A stretch of 63,976 bases of DNA, filler included, from Sandaracinaceae bacterium (GTDB lineage: Bacteria > Myxococcota_A > Polyangia > Polyangiales > JADJQN01): the NCBI GenBank assembly GCA_947483975.1. It is 5 parts of 5 records of this genome, joined end to end, with 100 filler letters (N's around TTAATTAATTAA, not from the genome) between each part and the next. Parts side by side here need not be neighbours in the genome. Positions count along the whole stretch, not along the records: positions 26,805 to 40,034 come from CANKOL010000120.1; 4 more parts are not named here. The stretch is one strand, 5' to 3'. The position numbers and the translations under genes are program-made. A model generated the notes under the pieces. The model was given only the letters and a program-made list of their open reading frames with translations, was not told the origin of the DNA and did not search any database. This document shows, in pieces, positions 29,901 to 38,058 of this stretch (position 1 is its first letter; the number at the start of each line of letters is the position of its first letter).

Positions 29901-30118
29901 GCGCCGAGCACGTAGCCCGCCTCGCACGAGCACGCGGCGCCCGCGTCCACGTCCTCGCAGCGCTGCGCGCAGCCGCCGTTCGCCGTCGCGCACGGGCTCA
30001 CGGGCACGGGCACGGGCACAGGTGCGGGACTGCTCGGGGTGTCCCCGCAGGCGACCACCAGCAGCGCGACCACCAGCAGCGCGTTCAGCGCGACGACCCT
30101 GCACCAAGCTTCACCCAT
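26933..30118 (-). CDS. Lipoprotein: EGF-like Ca-binding repeats + clan GH-A-like glycoside hydrolase domain + Ig-like (He_PIG) domain + C-terminal beta domain
   Basis: Lipobox VVAC; CATANGGCAQRC...DVDECLTANGGC EGF units; EYSNEQWN and IAYEGGQH motifs; GELPPGLSL...LSGTP Ig motif. Confidence 0.7.
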   Translation of the reverse strand: MGEAWCRVVALNALLVVALLVVACGDTPSSPAPVPVPVPVSPCATANGGCAQRCEDVDAGAACSCEAGYVLGADGRACDDVDECLTANGGCAADATCANTVGARTCACPRGEVGDGVTCAWEAPLSPSSLPPLQIGLSGDASRSWLFADVLRGAEVWVLPQWGTPAYDSAQADALAATLEVDERGWPRALPDHVGITISQSYATGEHTYLHGVYVLTWDGTGTVALEPSTNDGVGGQLLLTSPNRIVLNMDTVSEYPIVRVSSMDPLDPVRNLHLWAPAFDGAGVTLDATADLSPGHVMGSLEPAPGAPLPLFHPAFLAHLAEMPDGGVLRFLAWLDVNGITDETPMSWADRSRADQLGRSLSIIDVGWSRHHVRAFGGRLGYPYEWLVALCNETGRDLWVQVPHTATPDLVRGLARMIATELRPDLRVWAEYSNEQWNGSSAYLPQQLQARARAAEHFGIAPEAVSFTQLAWGAGQLQAGFLETFEEEWRLAGQPDARLVNVAAGFAVSADYNRALLASMQELAPTSAEVLAISNYFGHGAHTELFAAHPFGSSPGVWPAALDDAAAGIVRRELHDTYADWVRGATVARDAGVPMIAYEGGQHLLPVGLGDWSNPAHVDFMGYMRWFQRTPQMRSLYREQLALWSAAGGRTPSVFTDLGAWSFFGYWGAKEFVTETRAQSAKWDAACTYGERLRGARDASEPLGTRPVFAALPTLHAEAGLPLDVALTTTDGEGTVEVSLLGGELPPGLSLVAEGAGVGRLSGTPAAPGTFWLVVQARDVDGDVDTMRVELTVDPEGVSGHALVVFRGAELPVSLEGTGRYDPVRGNVSVDGGNALCVPFSLDEALFHTEYNHGAGLLEPTSALTAYGGWCVTAQPSAARTGPPEESSWTGLRSGRFEAWTGDVTGPTTLDLSLLWRSEQFAPFDGAGPYAFGADAATSTLQVDLESLSTDGSNELRFVVVDHLGAEDRWYLSEAAWTRRNLGDGVFRLDRFSGTEEPGRRWAVITAPAGTTIALPTTGLAFAGHAFDDVRAVGIFYRGGRGQWHYLYAFNRFLALGERR

Positions 30119-30321
30119 CGCGACGCCCTCCAAGGCGAATAGACCAAGCAAGACCTACACACCGCTCAGCGCCGAGGCGCGGCGCGGCGCGGAGGCTGAA
30201 GGAGCCGTCGGCCGAAGTCCACACCCACGCGGGGCCCATCCGCAAGCGAGAGAGCGCGCGCGCCGAGCCTCGACGCGGGCTCTCGGACGCCACTCTGCCG
30301 GCTACGCGTTCTGTCCCGAGC

Positions 30322-31035
30322 CTAGGAGTCGCGGCAGCAGAGCACGCCGCCGCCCGCCGAGGCGCGCTTCACGACCGCCGTCGCCTCGCCCGCGTCGTTG
30401 TTGCAGCTCCACGGGGCGCCGAGCGAGGCGCACAGGTTCCCGCTGAACCGATCGAGCGGGCCGCAGCTCGCCGCCGGAGGTTCGCCGAGGCTCCCGCAGC
30501 CGAAGAGATCATTGGTCATCGCTGCGCTCGGCGCGCAGTCGACCTCGCAGCTGAGGCTGGTGCAGTTTGGGTTCGCGCCCGTCGCGCACTCCCTGCAGCC
30601 CGGGCCAGACTGCCGCGTGGCGAAGAACGCGCGCGCGGGCGCGTCGTGCGCGCCGACACAGCCATCCGACGACGAGCGCGCCACATCCGCGCTTCCTGTG
30701 CAGACGTGCCACTCCGGCGCGCAGAGGTCCGACGCTCCGCACTCTCGACCGTCCGCGTGACGGCTGTCGTCGCCGCCCTTGCGATCGCACGCGGGCGGTG
30801 CGTCCACGGCGAGCCCGGCGATTTGCCACGCGCCGCTGCAGCCCGCGATCCGCGGGTATCGAGCGGCGTCTCGAAACGCCTCCCGCTCCCCGTCCGCGCA
30901 CCCGCTCGCCGGCGTCCGCGCCCGCGTCCGGTGGTGTAGCCCAGCGGTGGCGCGCGGCGCGTAGCCAGTAACGGCGAGCCCGAGCGCGACGGTGAAGAGC
31001 GACGCGACGGCTGCGGTGGAGACTGGACGGCTCAT
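30322..31035 (-). CDS. Secreted Cys-rich protein (18 Cys)
   Basis: Signal peptide; GCADGEREAF, CAPEWHVC, GGVLCCR; typical of myxobacterial Cys-rich exoproteins. Confidence 0.7.
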   Translation of the reverse strand: MSRPVSTAAVASLFTVALGLAVTGYAPRATAGLHHRTRARTPASGCADGEREAFRDAARYPRIAGCSGAWQIAGLAVDAPPACDRKGGDDSRHADGRECGASDLCAPEWHVCTGSADVARSSSDGCVGAHDAPARAFFATRQSGPGCRECATGANPNCTSLSCEVDCAPSAAMTNDLFGCGSLGEPPAASCGPLDRFSGNLCASLGAPWSCNNDAGEATAVVKRASAGGGVLCCRDS

Positions 31036-31125
31036 GTCGCCACTGTAGACGGCCGAGCCGCGCTTTAGTTCAGCACCTTTCGTCGGCCTCGTTGGCGTCG
31101 AGCGCTCGGTCGCGAAGTGCGTTCA

Positions 31126-31668
31126 TCAGGTGGGCTTTCTTCCCACGCGCGCGACGAGGACGAGCACCAGCACGACGGCTTGTCCGAAGACGAGCAGCAC
31201 CAGCCAGGGGCTCGCGCCAGACAGGCTGGCGAAGGTGACTCGGCCGAGCGCGCCCACCCGCCCAAGCGTCGGCATGATCACGGGCTGGAGCAGGCCGAAC
31301 ACGATGGCGCCGACGAACAGGCCTGAGAGACCCGCTACCCAGGCGTCGAGACGCCCCTCTCCTGCTTCGGCCACGACGGTGCCGGGGCAGTAGCCTGCGG
31401 TCGCCATGCCGACGCCGAAGACGATGCCGCCCACGAGGTTGGCCAGGATCCGCGTCGGCGGGATGGGAGCGCTCGCCGCAAAGCCGAGGTCGACGCCCGC
31501 CTGGATCGCAAACGCGCCGACGACGAGCGCCGTGAACATGAACCGCATCACGGTCAGGTCGCGAAAGCGATAGACGTTCACGATGCGCGCGTAGTGCGTG
31601 AGCCCGGCCTTTTGCAGCGACCAGCCGAACAGGACTCCGAGCGCCAGCGCCTTCGCGAGGTCGAGCAT
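31126..31668 (-). CDS. YeeE/YedE-family sulfur-compound (thiosulfate) transporter subunit
   Basis: GVLFGWSLQKAG, GGIVFGVGMATAGYCPGT motifs; ATG overlaps the upstream TGA. Confidence 0.85.
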   Translation of the reverse strand: MLDLAKALALGVLFGWSLQKAGLTHYARIVNVYRFRDLTVMRFMFTALVVGAFAIQAGVDLGFAASAPIPPTRILANLVGGIVFGVGMATAGYCPGTVVAEAGEGRLDAWVAGLSGLFVGAIVFGLLQPVIMPTLGRVGALGRVTFASLSGASPWLVLLVFGQAVVLVLVLVARVGRKPT

Positions 31669-32741
31669 CAGTCGGCCCTCCCGCGGTACCAGAACCAGGC
31701 GGTGGGAATGCCCCCGGCGAACATCCCCGCCATGAACAGAAAGGCCGCAGGCGCGAGCGCGGCGCCCCCGGAGATGGCGAGCCCGCTCGTGCAGCCGCCC
31801 GCGATGCCCGCGCCGACCTGCACGAGGACGGCGCCCAAGAACGCGATGAACAGGCGCAGCTTGCGGCTGGCGCCGAAGCGGGGCTGCCACTGCGCGTCAG
31901 GGAGCCACCGCCACCGCGCCTCAGCCGAGAGCTTGCTCGACGCGAAGGAGCCTGCGAGCACGCCGACGACCAGCCACACCTGCCAGGTGATCCCCGGCGT
32001 CATGAGGTGCCCGTAGTACTGGCTCGACGGGAAGAGCCAGCGTCCGACATACGCGGCGAGCTTGTCGAAGGCGCCCGACGCGGCGAGCGGTCGGCCGTAG
32101 ACGACCTCGGAGAACGCGACCACGAGGCCGAGCAGCGCGCCGGCGCCGTAGGGGCTCCAGGTCTTGGCTCGCAGCCACGTGAGCAGTGAGCGACGCTCCG
32201 CGGCCACCGCGCGCCGAGTGACGAAGTAGAGCGCCACCGTCAGCAGCGCGGCGAGCACCGCGAGAGCGCGATCGGCCGTCGAGGACGTCGTTGCTCGGGG
32301 CGGAGGGCTCGTCGTCGGTGGGGTCGGAGGCGGCGTCGCGGTGCCGATCGCGACCGCGAGGTAGCGCTCCGCGCGCGCCGAGGCGTCGCGCGGGTGACAG
32401 GCGGCGCAGGAAGACACCGGATCGGCGAGCGGGTCCTGCAGGCCCAGGTGGGCCAGGTCCTTCGCCGAGGCCGCAGGGTCGCCCGCATGACACGAGGCAC
32501 ACAGGTCTCCGAACCCGTGGTCGAGGTGCCAAGGTTGCGCGCTCTGCAGCACCGGACGCAGGCCCTGGGTCTCGTGGCAGGTCACGCAGGACGACGCGTT
32601 CGACGTGCATTGGGCAGCTGCAGGCCCCGCCATCACCGCGATGGCCACCGCCGACAAGAGTGGAAGCCAGGCCCGCACAGCCAGCTGGGCAGCATCTTTC
32701 GAGCCAGCCGCCTCGAGGAGAGGTCGTCCTGGATGAGTCAC
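31668..32741 (-). CDS. Triheme c-type cytochrome fused to a YeeE/YedE half-transporter
   Basis: CVTCH, CASCH and CAACH after a signal-like segment; Pro/Thr linker; TM helix; WSPYGAGALLG...GAGIAGGCTSG YeeE motifs. Confidence 0.82.
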   Translation of the reverse strand: MTHPGRPLLEAAGSKDAAQLAVRAWLPLLSAVAIAVMAGPAAAQCTSNASSCVTCHETQGLRPVLQSAQPWHLDHGFGDLCASCHAGDPAASAKDLAHLGLQDPLADPVSSCAACHPRDASARAERYLAVAIGTATPPPTPPTTSPPPRATTSSTADRALAVLAALLTVALYFVTRRAVAAERRSLLTWLRAKTWSPYGAGALLGLVVAFSEVVYGRPLAASGAFDKLAAYVGRWLFPSSQYYGHLMTPGITWQVWLVVGVLAGSFASSKLSAEARWRWLPDAQWQPRFGASRKLRLFIAFLGAVLVQVGAGIAGGCTSGLAISGGAALAPAAFLFMAGMFAGGIPTAWFWYRGRAD

Positions 32742-32883
32742 AACCTCGGCCTGGTCAGAGTCAGTCTGTCAGGGCGCCGCTCGGGCGAGTGCAGGTGCCG
32801 AACTGCCTCGGGGCAGCTTGCCTCAGTGCGCCCCCCGCGCTCGGGAATCCTCGGTGAACCGGCCGTTCGCCCATCCCCGACGA

Positions 32884-32899
32884 CGGCCCGCGCCTTGCT
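32884..32899 (+). promoter_or_regulatory. Putative sigma-54 promoter for the LEA-like gene
   Basis: CGGCCCGCGCCTTGCT has GG-N10-GC spacing with a TTGCT -12 box, ~100 bp upstream of ATG 33001. Confidence 0.55.
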
Positions 32900-33000
32900 C
32901 TCACACAGGGAGCGGGCAGCGCAGGACGCGCGGTGGCTCGCTGCACCGGTGCGTATCGGGCCCATGCCCTCCGCGCGCAGTCACCCCCAGGGAGCCAGTC

Positions 33001-33282
33001 ATGACCAACATCAAGAACAAGATCGCCGAGACCGCCGAGCACCTGAAGCACGCCGCGTCTGAGGCAGCGACCAAGGTGGGTCACGCCGCGACAGAGGCCG
33101 TGCACAAGAGCGAACACGCGATCTCCAGCGCCGTGAAGAAGGCGCAGCACGCGAGCATCGACACCACGGAGAAGCTGAAGGTCGCCGGCGACAAGCTCGC
33201 GGACAAGGCCGCGGGCGCGCAGCAGAAGGCGGGCGACAAGCTCGTCGACGCGGGCGAGAAAGTGAAGCACGCGGGCCACTGA
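33001..33282 (+). CDS. Small LEA/CsbD-like hydrophilic helical stress protein
   Basis: Lys/Ala/His-rich 11-mer-like repeats (KAGDKL x2, KHAA/GHAA); GGAG RBS. Confidence 0.65.
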   Translation: MTNIKNKIAETAEHLKHAASEAATKVGHAATEAVHKSEHAISSAVKKAQHASIDTTEKLKVAGDKLADKAAGAQQKAGDKLVDAGEKVKHAGH

Positions 33283-33461
33283 GCGCCCCAACGCCTCGCG
33301 CGCTCGGTCGACGGGGCCGAGCGCGGGACTCCCCAGGGCTCGCAGCCAGCGACTCGCCCTCCGCGGGCTCACCGCCCTCTGCGCGCTCGTCGCATCTCCT
33401 GACGAGCCCGGCGCTCACGGCTGGCGCGGGAGCGTGAGGCTCCCGGCCAGCCGCGCGCCGC

Positions 33462-33734
33462 TCAGGCGACCCGACGGCGCGACACGCCGGCGATGGCGAG
33501 GATGACGATGGCGCCGAGCACACTCCCGACGAAGCCCACGGGGTGCCAGAGGCCCTGATGGGCGCTGAAGCCCCCGGTGAAGAGCGTCGCGAGCAGCCCG
33601 CCGACGAACGAGCCGACGATCCCGAGCAGCGTCGTGCCCACGAAGCCCATCGACTGTGTGCCCGGCATGAGCGCGCGTGCGATGGCGCCGACGATCAGGC
33701 CGAACACGACCCAGAGCAAGATGGTGAGGAGCAT
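33462..33734 (-). CDS. GlsB/YeaQ/YmgE-family stress membrane protein
   Basis: GLIVGAIARALMPG...LLGIVGSFVGG...SVLGAIVIL; GGAGG RBS. Confidence 0.88.
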   Translation of the reverse strand: MLLTILLWVVFGLIVGAIARALMPGTQSMGFVGTTLLGIVGSFVGGLLATLFTGGFSAHQGLWHPVGFVGSVLGAIVILAIAGVSRRRVA

Positions 33735-33887
33735 GGCGGACCTCCGAGTGAGCTGCGTTGGTCAAATCGAACCTTCGAGCCTCAGGGCGCGCCCACCGAT
33801 GGGCGCAGGCGTCGCTCGAAGCTCTCCGGCGTGCTGGATCTTTCGCCGCCGACGACGAACGTCGGCGGGTCGCGCCGACGGCGTGAC

Positions 33888-34247
33888 CTAGGCTCGGTGG
33901 CCGTTCGGAGGGTGCTCCGCGCTCACGGAAGGAGGCTTGCTGTCGCCCGGGTCGTCGCTCGCGAGCGCGCTGACGACCTCGCGCTTCGCGTGCGTCAGCG
34001 CGCCCGCGAGCTTCGCGCGGACCTGAGCGCCCGTCGCTGGAGTGAGCAGCACCGCGAGGCCCGCGCCAAACGCGGCGCCGGCGACGAAGAAGCCGACCGC
34101 GGGGAGGATGATGTCCATCGTCGAGCGCTGCCGCTCGAGGCCCACGCGGTGCAGGAGATCGTTCGCCTCGAAGTGGCGAACACCGCTGATCATGCGCTTG
34201 ATTTCGAGGGCGTTGCCGATCGTACGGAGGGTCGCGGAGAGGGGCAT
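33888..34247 (-). CDS. YtxH-domain protein
   Basis: [28 protein letters not shown] motif. Confidence 0.75.
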   Translation of the reverse strand: MPLSATLRTIGNALEIKRMISGVRHFEANDLLHRVGLERQRSTMDIILPAVGFFVAGAAFGAGLAVLLTPATGAQVRAKLAGALTHAKREVVSALASDDPGDSKPPSVSAEHPPNGHRA

Positions 34248-34422
34248 GGCGGGCTCTTCTCCCGGGCTGCGCCGGGTGTGGAGGAACGAATGAGTCGCGG
34301 TCGCTGGCTCAACGAAGCTGCGCGGCCCGAGACGTGTCGCGGGAGTCGTCTGTGGGGAGCGCGCGCATGGAGGGAACTCTCCTTTCGACTCCAAAGTTCA
34401 AAAGGGAGCCGCTCCTCTACGA

Positions 34423-34438
34423 AGCAATCGCAGTGCCA
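34423..34438 (-). promoter_or_regulatory. Sigma-54 promoter upstream of the ytxH-like gene
   Basis: Minus strand TGGCACTGCGATTGCT matches TGGCAC-N5-TTGCW exactly. Confidence 0.75.
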
Positions 34439-34500
34439 CGCGACGCGCGTCGGCTCTCCTCGCACGCCCAGGGTGGCGGAAGATGGGCCCGGGCCTATTT

Positions 34501-34515
34501 GTGGCGTACTGCCAC
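34501..34515. promoter_or_regulatory. Palindrome, candidate enhancer (UAS) site
   Basis: GTGGC-GTACT-GCCAC about 65-80 bp upstream of the -24 box. Confidence 0.35.
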
Positions 34516-34606
34516 GCAGTCTTTGGCCACGGTCGGGGCCTGGCCATTCGCTACTTCAGGAGCGCGCGGAGTCGTCGGGGGACGACTCCTGCCGCGGCGA
34601 AAGCCC

Positions 34607-35680
34607 ATGACGAACCACTTGCTCGGCAACGTGCTCTGCCCTGATGAAGACGACGCATGCGAGCGCGTCGTGACGGCGCTCGAGGCGCGCGGGTTCGAGC
34701 GCTTGCTCGGCAAGAGCGCCGTGATGCGGCGAGTGTTCGACGTCATCTCTCGCGTCGCGCAGACGAGCGCGAGCGTGCTCGTCTCCGGCGAGAGCGGCAC
34801 GGGCAAGGAGCTCGTCGCGCGCGCGATTCACGAGCGGAGCGCGCGGTCCGACGGGCCGTTCGTCGCGCTCAGCTGCGCAGCCGTGCCGGCGACCCTGCTC
34901 GAGAGCGAGCTCTTCGGGCACGCGCGCGGCGCGTTCACGGACGCGAAGAGCGCTCGAAGAGGCCTGTTTCTCGCGGCCAACGGCGGCACTCTGTTCCTCG
35001 ACGAGATCGGGGAGATGCCGCTCGATATGCAGGTGAAGCTGCTGCGCGCGCTGCAAGAGCGCAGCGTGCGGCCCGTCGGCGGGGACCGAGAGGTGCCGTT
35101 CGACGCGCGGGTCGTGACCGCGACCAACCGCGAGCTCGAGGCGGACGTGCGCGCGCGGCGCTTCCGCGAGGATCTCTACTATCGGATCAACGTCGTGGCC
35201 GTGGAGGTGCCGCCGCTGCGCCATCGAGACGGGGATGTGCCGCTGCTCGCGGAGGCCTTCGTCGCGCGGTTCGCGGAGCGCCACGGCAAGCACGTCGAGG
35301 GGCTCGCGCCGACGGCCCTCGAGAGGCTCGTGGCCTATCCGTGGCCGGGCAACGTCCGCGAGCTAGAGAACTGCATGGAGCGCGCGGTCGCGATGACCCG
35401 CACAGAGCGCGTGCTCGAGTCCGACCTTCCCGAGCGCGTGCGGGCGTACCGAGCGCGGCAGCCGAGCGCGCTGCTGCCTCAGACGCTCGTGGAGTTGGTG
35501 ACCGCCGAGGAGCTCGAGACGCGCTACCTGAGGCACGTCCTCGACCTCGTGAAAGGGAACAAATCGCGCGCTGCGCGCATCCTCGGCTTCGACCGGCGGA
35601 CGCTCTATCGCAAGCTCGAGCGGCTCACGGGCGAGCGAGGCGTAGACGCAGAGCCTGCGGCGGAGTCCCTCGTCGATTGA
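34607..35680 (+). CDS. Sigma-54 enhancer-binding protein (AAA+ and Fis-HTH) lacking an N-terminal sensory domain
   Basis: [65 protein letters not shown]; only ~30 aa precede the AAA+ domain. Confidence 0.9.
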   Translation: MTNHLLGNVLCPDEDDACERVVTALEARGFERLLGKSAVMRRVFDVISRVAQTSASVLVSGESGTGKELVARAIHERSARSDGPFVALSCAAVPATLLESELFGHARGAFTDAKSARRGLFLAANGGTLFLDEIGEMPLDMQVKLLRALQERSVRPVGGDREVPFDARVVTATNRELEADVRARRFREDLYYRINVVAVEVPPLRHRDGDVPLLAEAFVARFAERHGKHVEGLAPTALERLVAYPWPGNVRELENCMERAVAMTRTERVLESDLPERVRAYRARQPSALLPQTLVELVTAEELETRYLRHVLDLVKGNKSRAARILGFDRRTLYRKLERLTGERGVDAEPAAESLVD

Positions 35681-35765
35681 CCGGCGGCGCAGGCGCTCGA
35701 GTCGCTCCGCCTCGACGCGGCACACCGTACGCGGACGCGCGCTTCGCGGTACCTTCGGGCTCTCC

Positions 35766-36533
35766 ATGCTCCGCGTGACCCTCGTCGTCTGCGTGCTGCT
35801 CGGCGCGCTCTGCGTCCACGCGTCGCACGCAGCGGCGCAGGACGCGCCCGCCGCGTCGGACGACCGCGCGTGTCAGGAGCCCGCTGCGGCAGAGGCGCAG
35901 CAGCGCGCGTACGCGCTCGAGGCCGCCATCGAGCCGCACGTCCCCGCCGCGGCACGCTGGTGGTGGCTCTGGTTCAGCGGCTACCTCACGGCGGCCGTCG
36001 TGCAGGGCGTCGTCGCGGTCGCCGTCGAGGCGCCTGAGTGGCGCTGGCCGTCGGCCGTCGGCGCGGTGAGCGCGGCGCTCGGAGCCGGCGCGATGCTGCT
36101 CTCTGCGGTCGAGACGCACCATCTCTCGGACCGCGTGCGGGAGGTGCAGCCGCTGACCGGCGTGCCTCGCCTCCGCGCCGTCGAGCGCCTGCTCGCGCAC
36201 GCCGCCGAGGGCGAAGACGAAGCACGCACGCTCTTCTCGCACGCGCTCGGCTGGGGCTGCGCGCTCGGCGAGGGGCTGGTGCTGTGGCTCGGCTTCGAGC
36301 AGCTCTTCGAGGGCGCGCTCAGCCTCGCGGAGAGCATCGTCGTCAGCGAGGTGCAGATCGCGACGAGCCCCACCTCTGCTCGCGAGCTTTGGCGCGCGCA
36401 CGTCGCGCTCCACCCCGACGCCGCCGCGTGTCTGCGCGACGAAGACGAGAGCAGCGCGCTCTCGCCGCTGCCTGCGCCGCACCTCGCGCTCGTGCCCGCG
36501 GGGCTCGGCGTCGGGCTCCTGCTGACGTTCTGA
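35766..36533 (+). CDS. Hypothetical secreted/membrane protein
   Basis: Signal peptide, internal hydrophobic helices, beta-strand-like C-terminus ending in F. Confidence 0.65.
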   Translation: MLRVTLVVCVLLGALCVHASHAAAQDAPAASDDRACQEPAAAEAQQRAYALEAAIEPHVPAAARWWWLWFSGYLTAAVVQGVVAVAVEAPEWRWPSAVGAVSAALGAGAMLLSAVETHHLSDRVREVQPLTGVPRLRAVERLLAHAAEGEDEARTLFSHALGWGCALGEGLVLWLGFEQLFEGALSLAESIVVSEVQIATSPTSARELWRAHVALHPDAAACLRDEDESSALSPLPAPHLALVPAGLGVGLLLTF

Positions 36534-36564
36534 AACAGGCGTTTCGTGCTACATCGGCGGCGCC

Positions 36565-38058
36565 ATGCCGCTTCTACTCCACGACACGCTCACGGGTGAG
36601 CGCCGCGCCTTTCAGACCGCCGAGCCGAACCACGCGAAGCTCTACGTCTGCGGCCCGACGGTGCAGGACACGATGCACCTCGGGCATGTGCGCGCGTACT
36701 GCGTCTACGACGTGCTCGTGCGTCACCTGAAGGACCGCGGCTATCGCGTCACCTTCGTGCGCAACGTGACGGACGTGAACGACAGCATCGTCGCCAAGGC
36801 CAAGACGCTCGGCGAGGACCCGCTCGCGTTCGCGCGCCGCATCGAGGCGGTGTGGCAGGAGGACTACGCGCGCCTCGGCATCCGCTCGCCCGACGTCGAG
36901 CCGCACGTCACCGACCACATGGGCGAGATCATCGCGCTGATCGTCGACCTCGTCGCCAAGGGCAAGGCGTACGAGTCGGCGGGCGACGTCTACTTCCGCG
37001 TCTCGTCCTTCCCCGACTACGGCAAGCTCTCGCACCGCAAGCTCGAAGACCTCTCGATGGGCGCGAGCGGGCGCACGACGAGCGAGGAGGAGGCGCGCAA
37101 AGAGACGCCCGCCGACTTCGCGCTCTGGAAGCACACCGCGCCCGAGGAGCAGGGCTGGGAGAGCCCTTGGGGACACGGCATGCCGGGCTGGCACGTCGAG
37201 TGTTCGGCGATGGCGATGAAGCACCTCGGCGAGAGCTTCGATCTCCACGCGGGCGGGCTCGACCTCGTGTTTCCGCACCACGAGAACGAGATCGCGCAGA
37301 GCGAGGCGGCGACGGGCAAGCCCTACGCCGCGCACTGGATTCATCACGGCTTCATCGAGGTGAACAAGGAGAAGATGTCGAAGAGCCTCGGCAACTTCTT
37401 CACGCTCCGCGACGTGTGCTCGTACGTCGAGCCCGAGGCTGCGCGCGCGTTCGTGCTCTCGACGCACTACCGCTCGCCGCTCGCCTTCGAGTGGACGATG
37501 GACGACGCGGGCAAGACGACGGGCTTCCCTCAGCTCGAGGAGAGCGAGCGCCGCGTCGAGTATCTCTACAGCACGCGCGAGCGGCTCGCGGCGATCCCCG
37601 CGGACCGCATCGCCGACGCCGGCGATGTGCCGACGGAGCTGAGCGGCTTCCGCGCCGCGCTCGCCGCCGCGCTCGACGACGACCTCAACTTCGCCGTCGC
37701 GATGGCGCGCGTGATCGAGCTGCTGAAGGCGGTCAACGAGCTCGTCGACCGGGCGCTCCGCAAGAAGGGCTCAGCGCCGCGCGCCGCGATCCACGCGGCC
37801 GAGAAGGCGCTCGCGCACGTCGACCGCATCCTCGGGCTCGGCGGGCAGGAGCCGCGCGTCTTTCTCGCGCGGCTGCGCGCGCGGCGCGTCGCGAAGAAGG
37901 GTCTCTCGGAGGCGGACGTCGACGCGCGGATTCAGGCGCGGCTCGACGCGCGCGCGGCCAAGGACTTCGCCCGCGCCGACGCGCTCCGCGACGAGCTGAC
38001 CGCGCTCGGCGTCGAGCTGATGGACGGCATCGGCAGCACGAGCTGGCGCATCCCCTGA
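36565..38058 (+). CDS. cysS: Cysteine--tRNA ligase
   Basis: YVCGPTV..HLGH, PGWHVECSAM, DLVFPHHENE, KMSKSLGN. Confidence 0.96.
   Translation: MPLLLHDTLTGERRAFQTAEPNHAKLYVCGPTVQDTMHLGHVRAYCVYDVLVRHLKDRGYRVTFVRNVTDVNDSIVAKAKTLGEDPLAFARRIEAVWQEDYARLGIRSPDVEPHVTDHMGEIIALIVDLVAKGKAYESAGDVYFRVSSFPDYGKLSHRKLEDLSMGASGRTTSEEEARKETPADFALWKHTAPEEQGWESPWGHGMPGWHVECSAMAMKHLGESFDLHAGGLDLVFPHHENEIAQSEAATGKPYAAHWIHHGFIEVNKEKMSKSLGNFFTLRDVCSYVEPEAARAFVLSTHYRSPLAFEWTMDDAGKTTGFPQLEESERRVEYLYSTRERLAAIPADRIADAGDVPTELSGFRAALAAALDDDLNFAVAMARVIELLKAVNELVDRALRKKGSAPRAAIHAAEKALAHVDRILGLGGQEPRVFLARLRARRVAKKGLSEADVDARIQARLDARAAKDFARADALRDELTALGVELMDGIGSTSWRIP

Noticed and set aside
29996..30025. GGGCAC hexamer repeats as a DNA element
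   Set aside because: They simply encode the PVPVPVPV linker of the EGF-GH lipoprotein.
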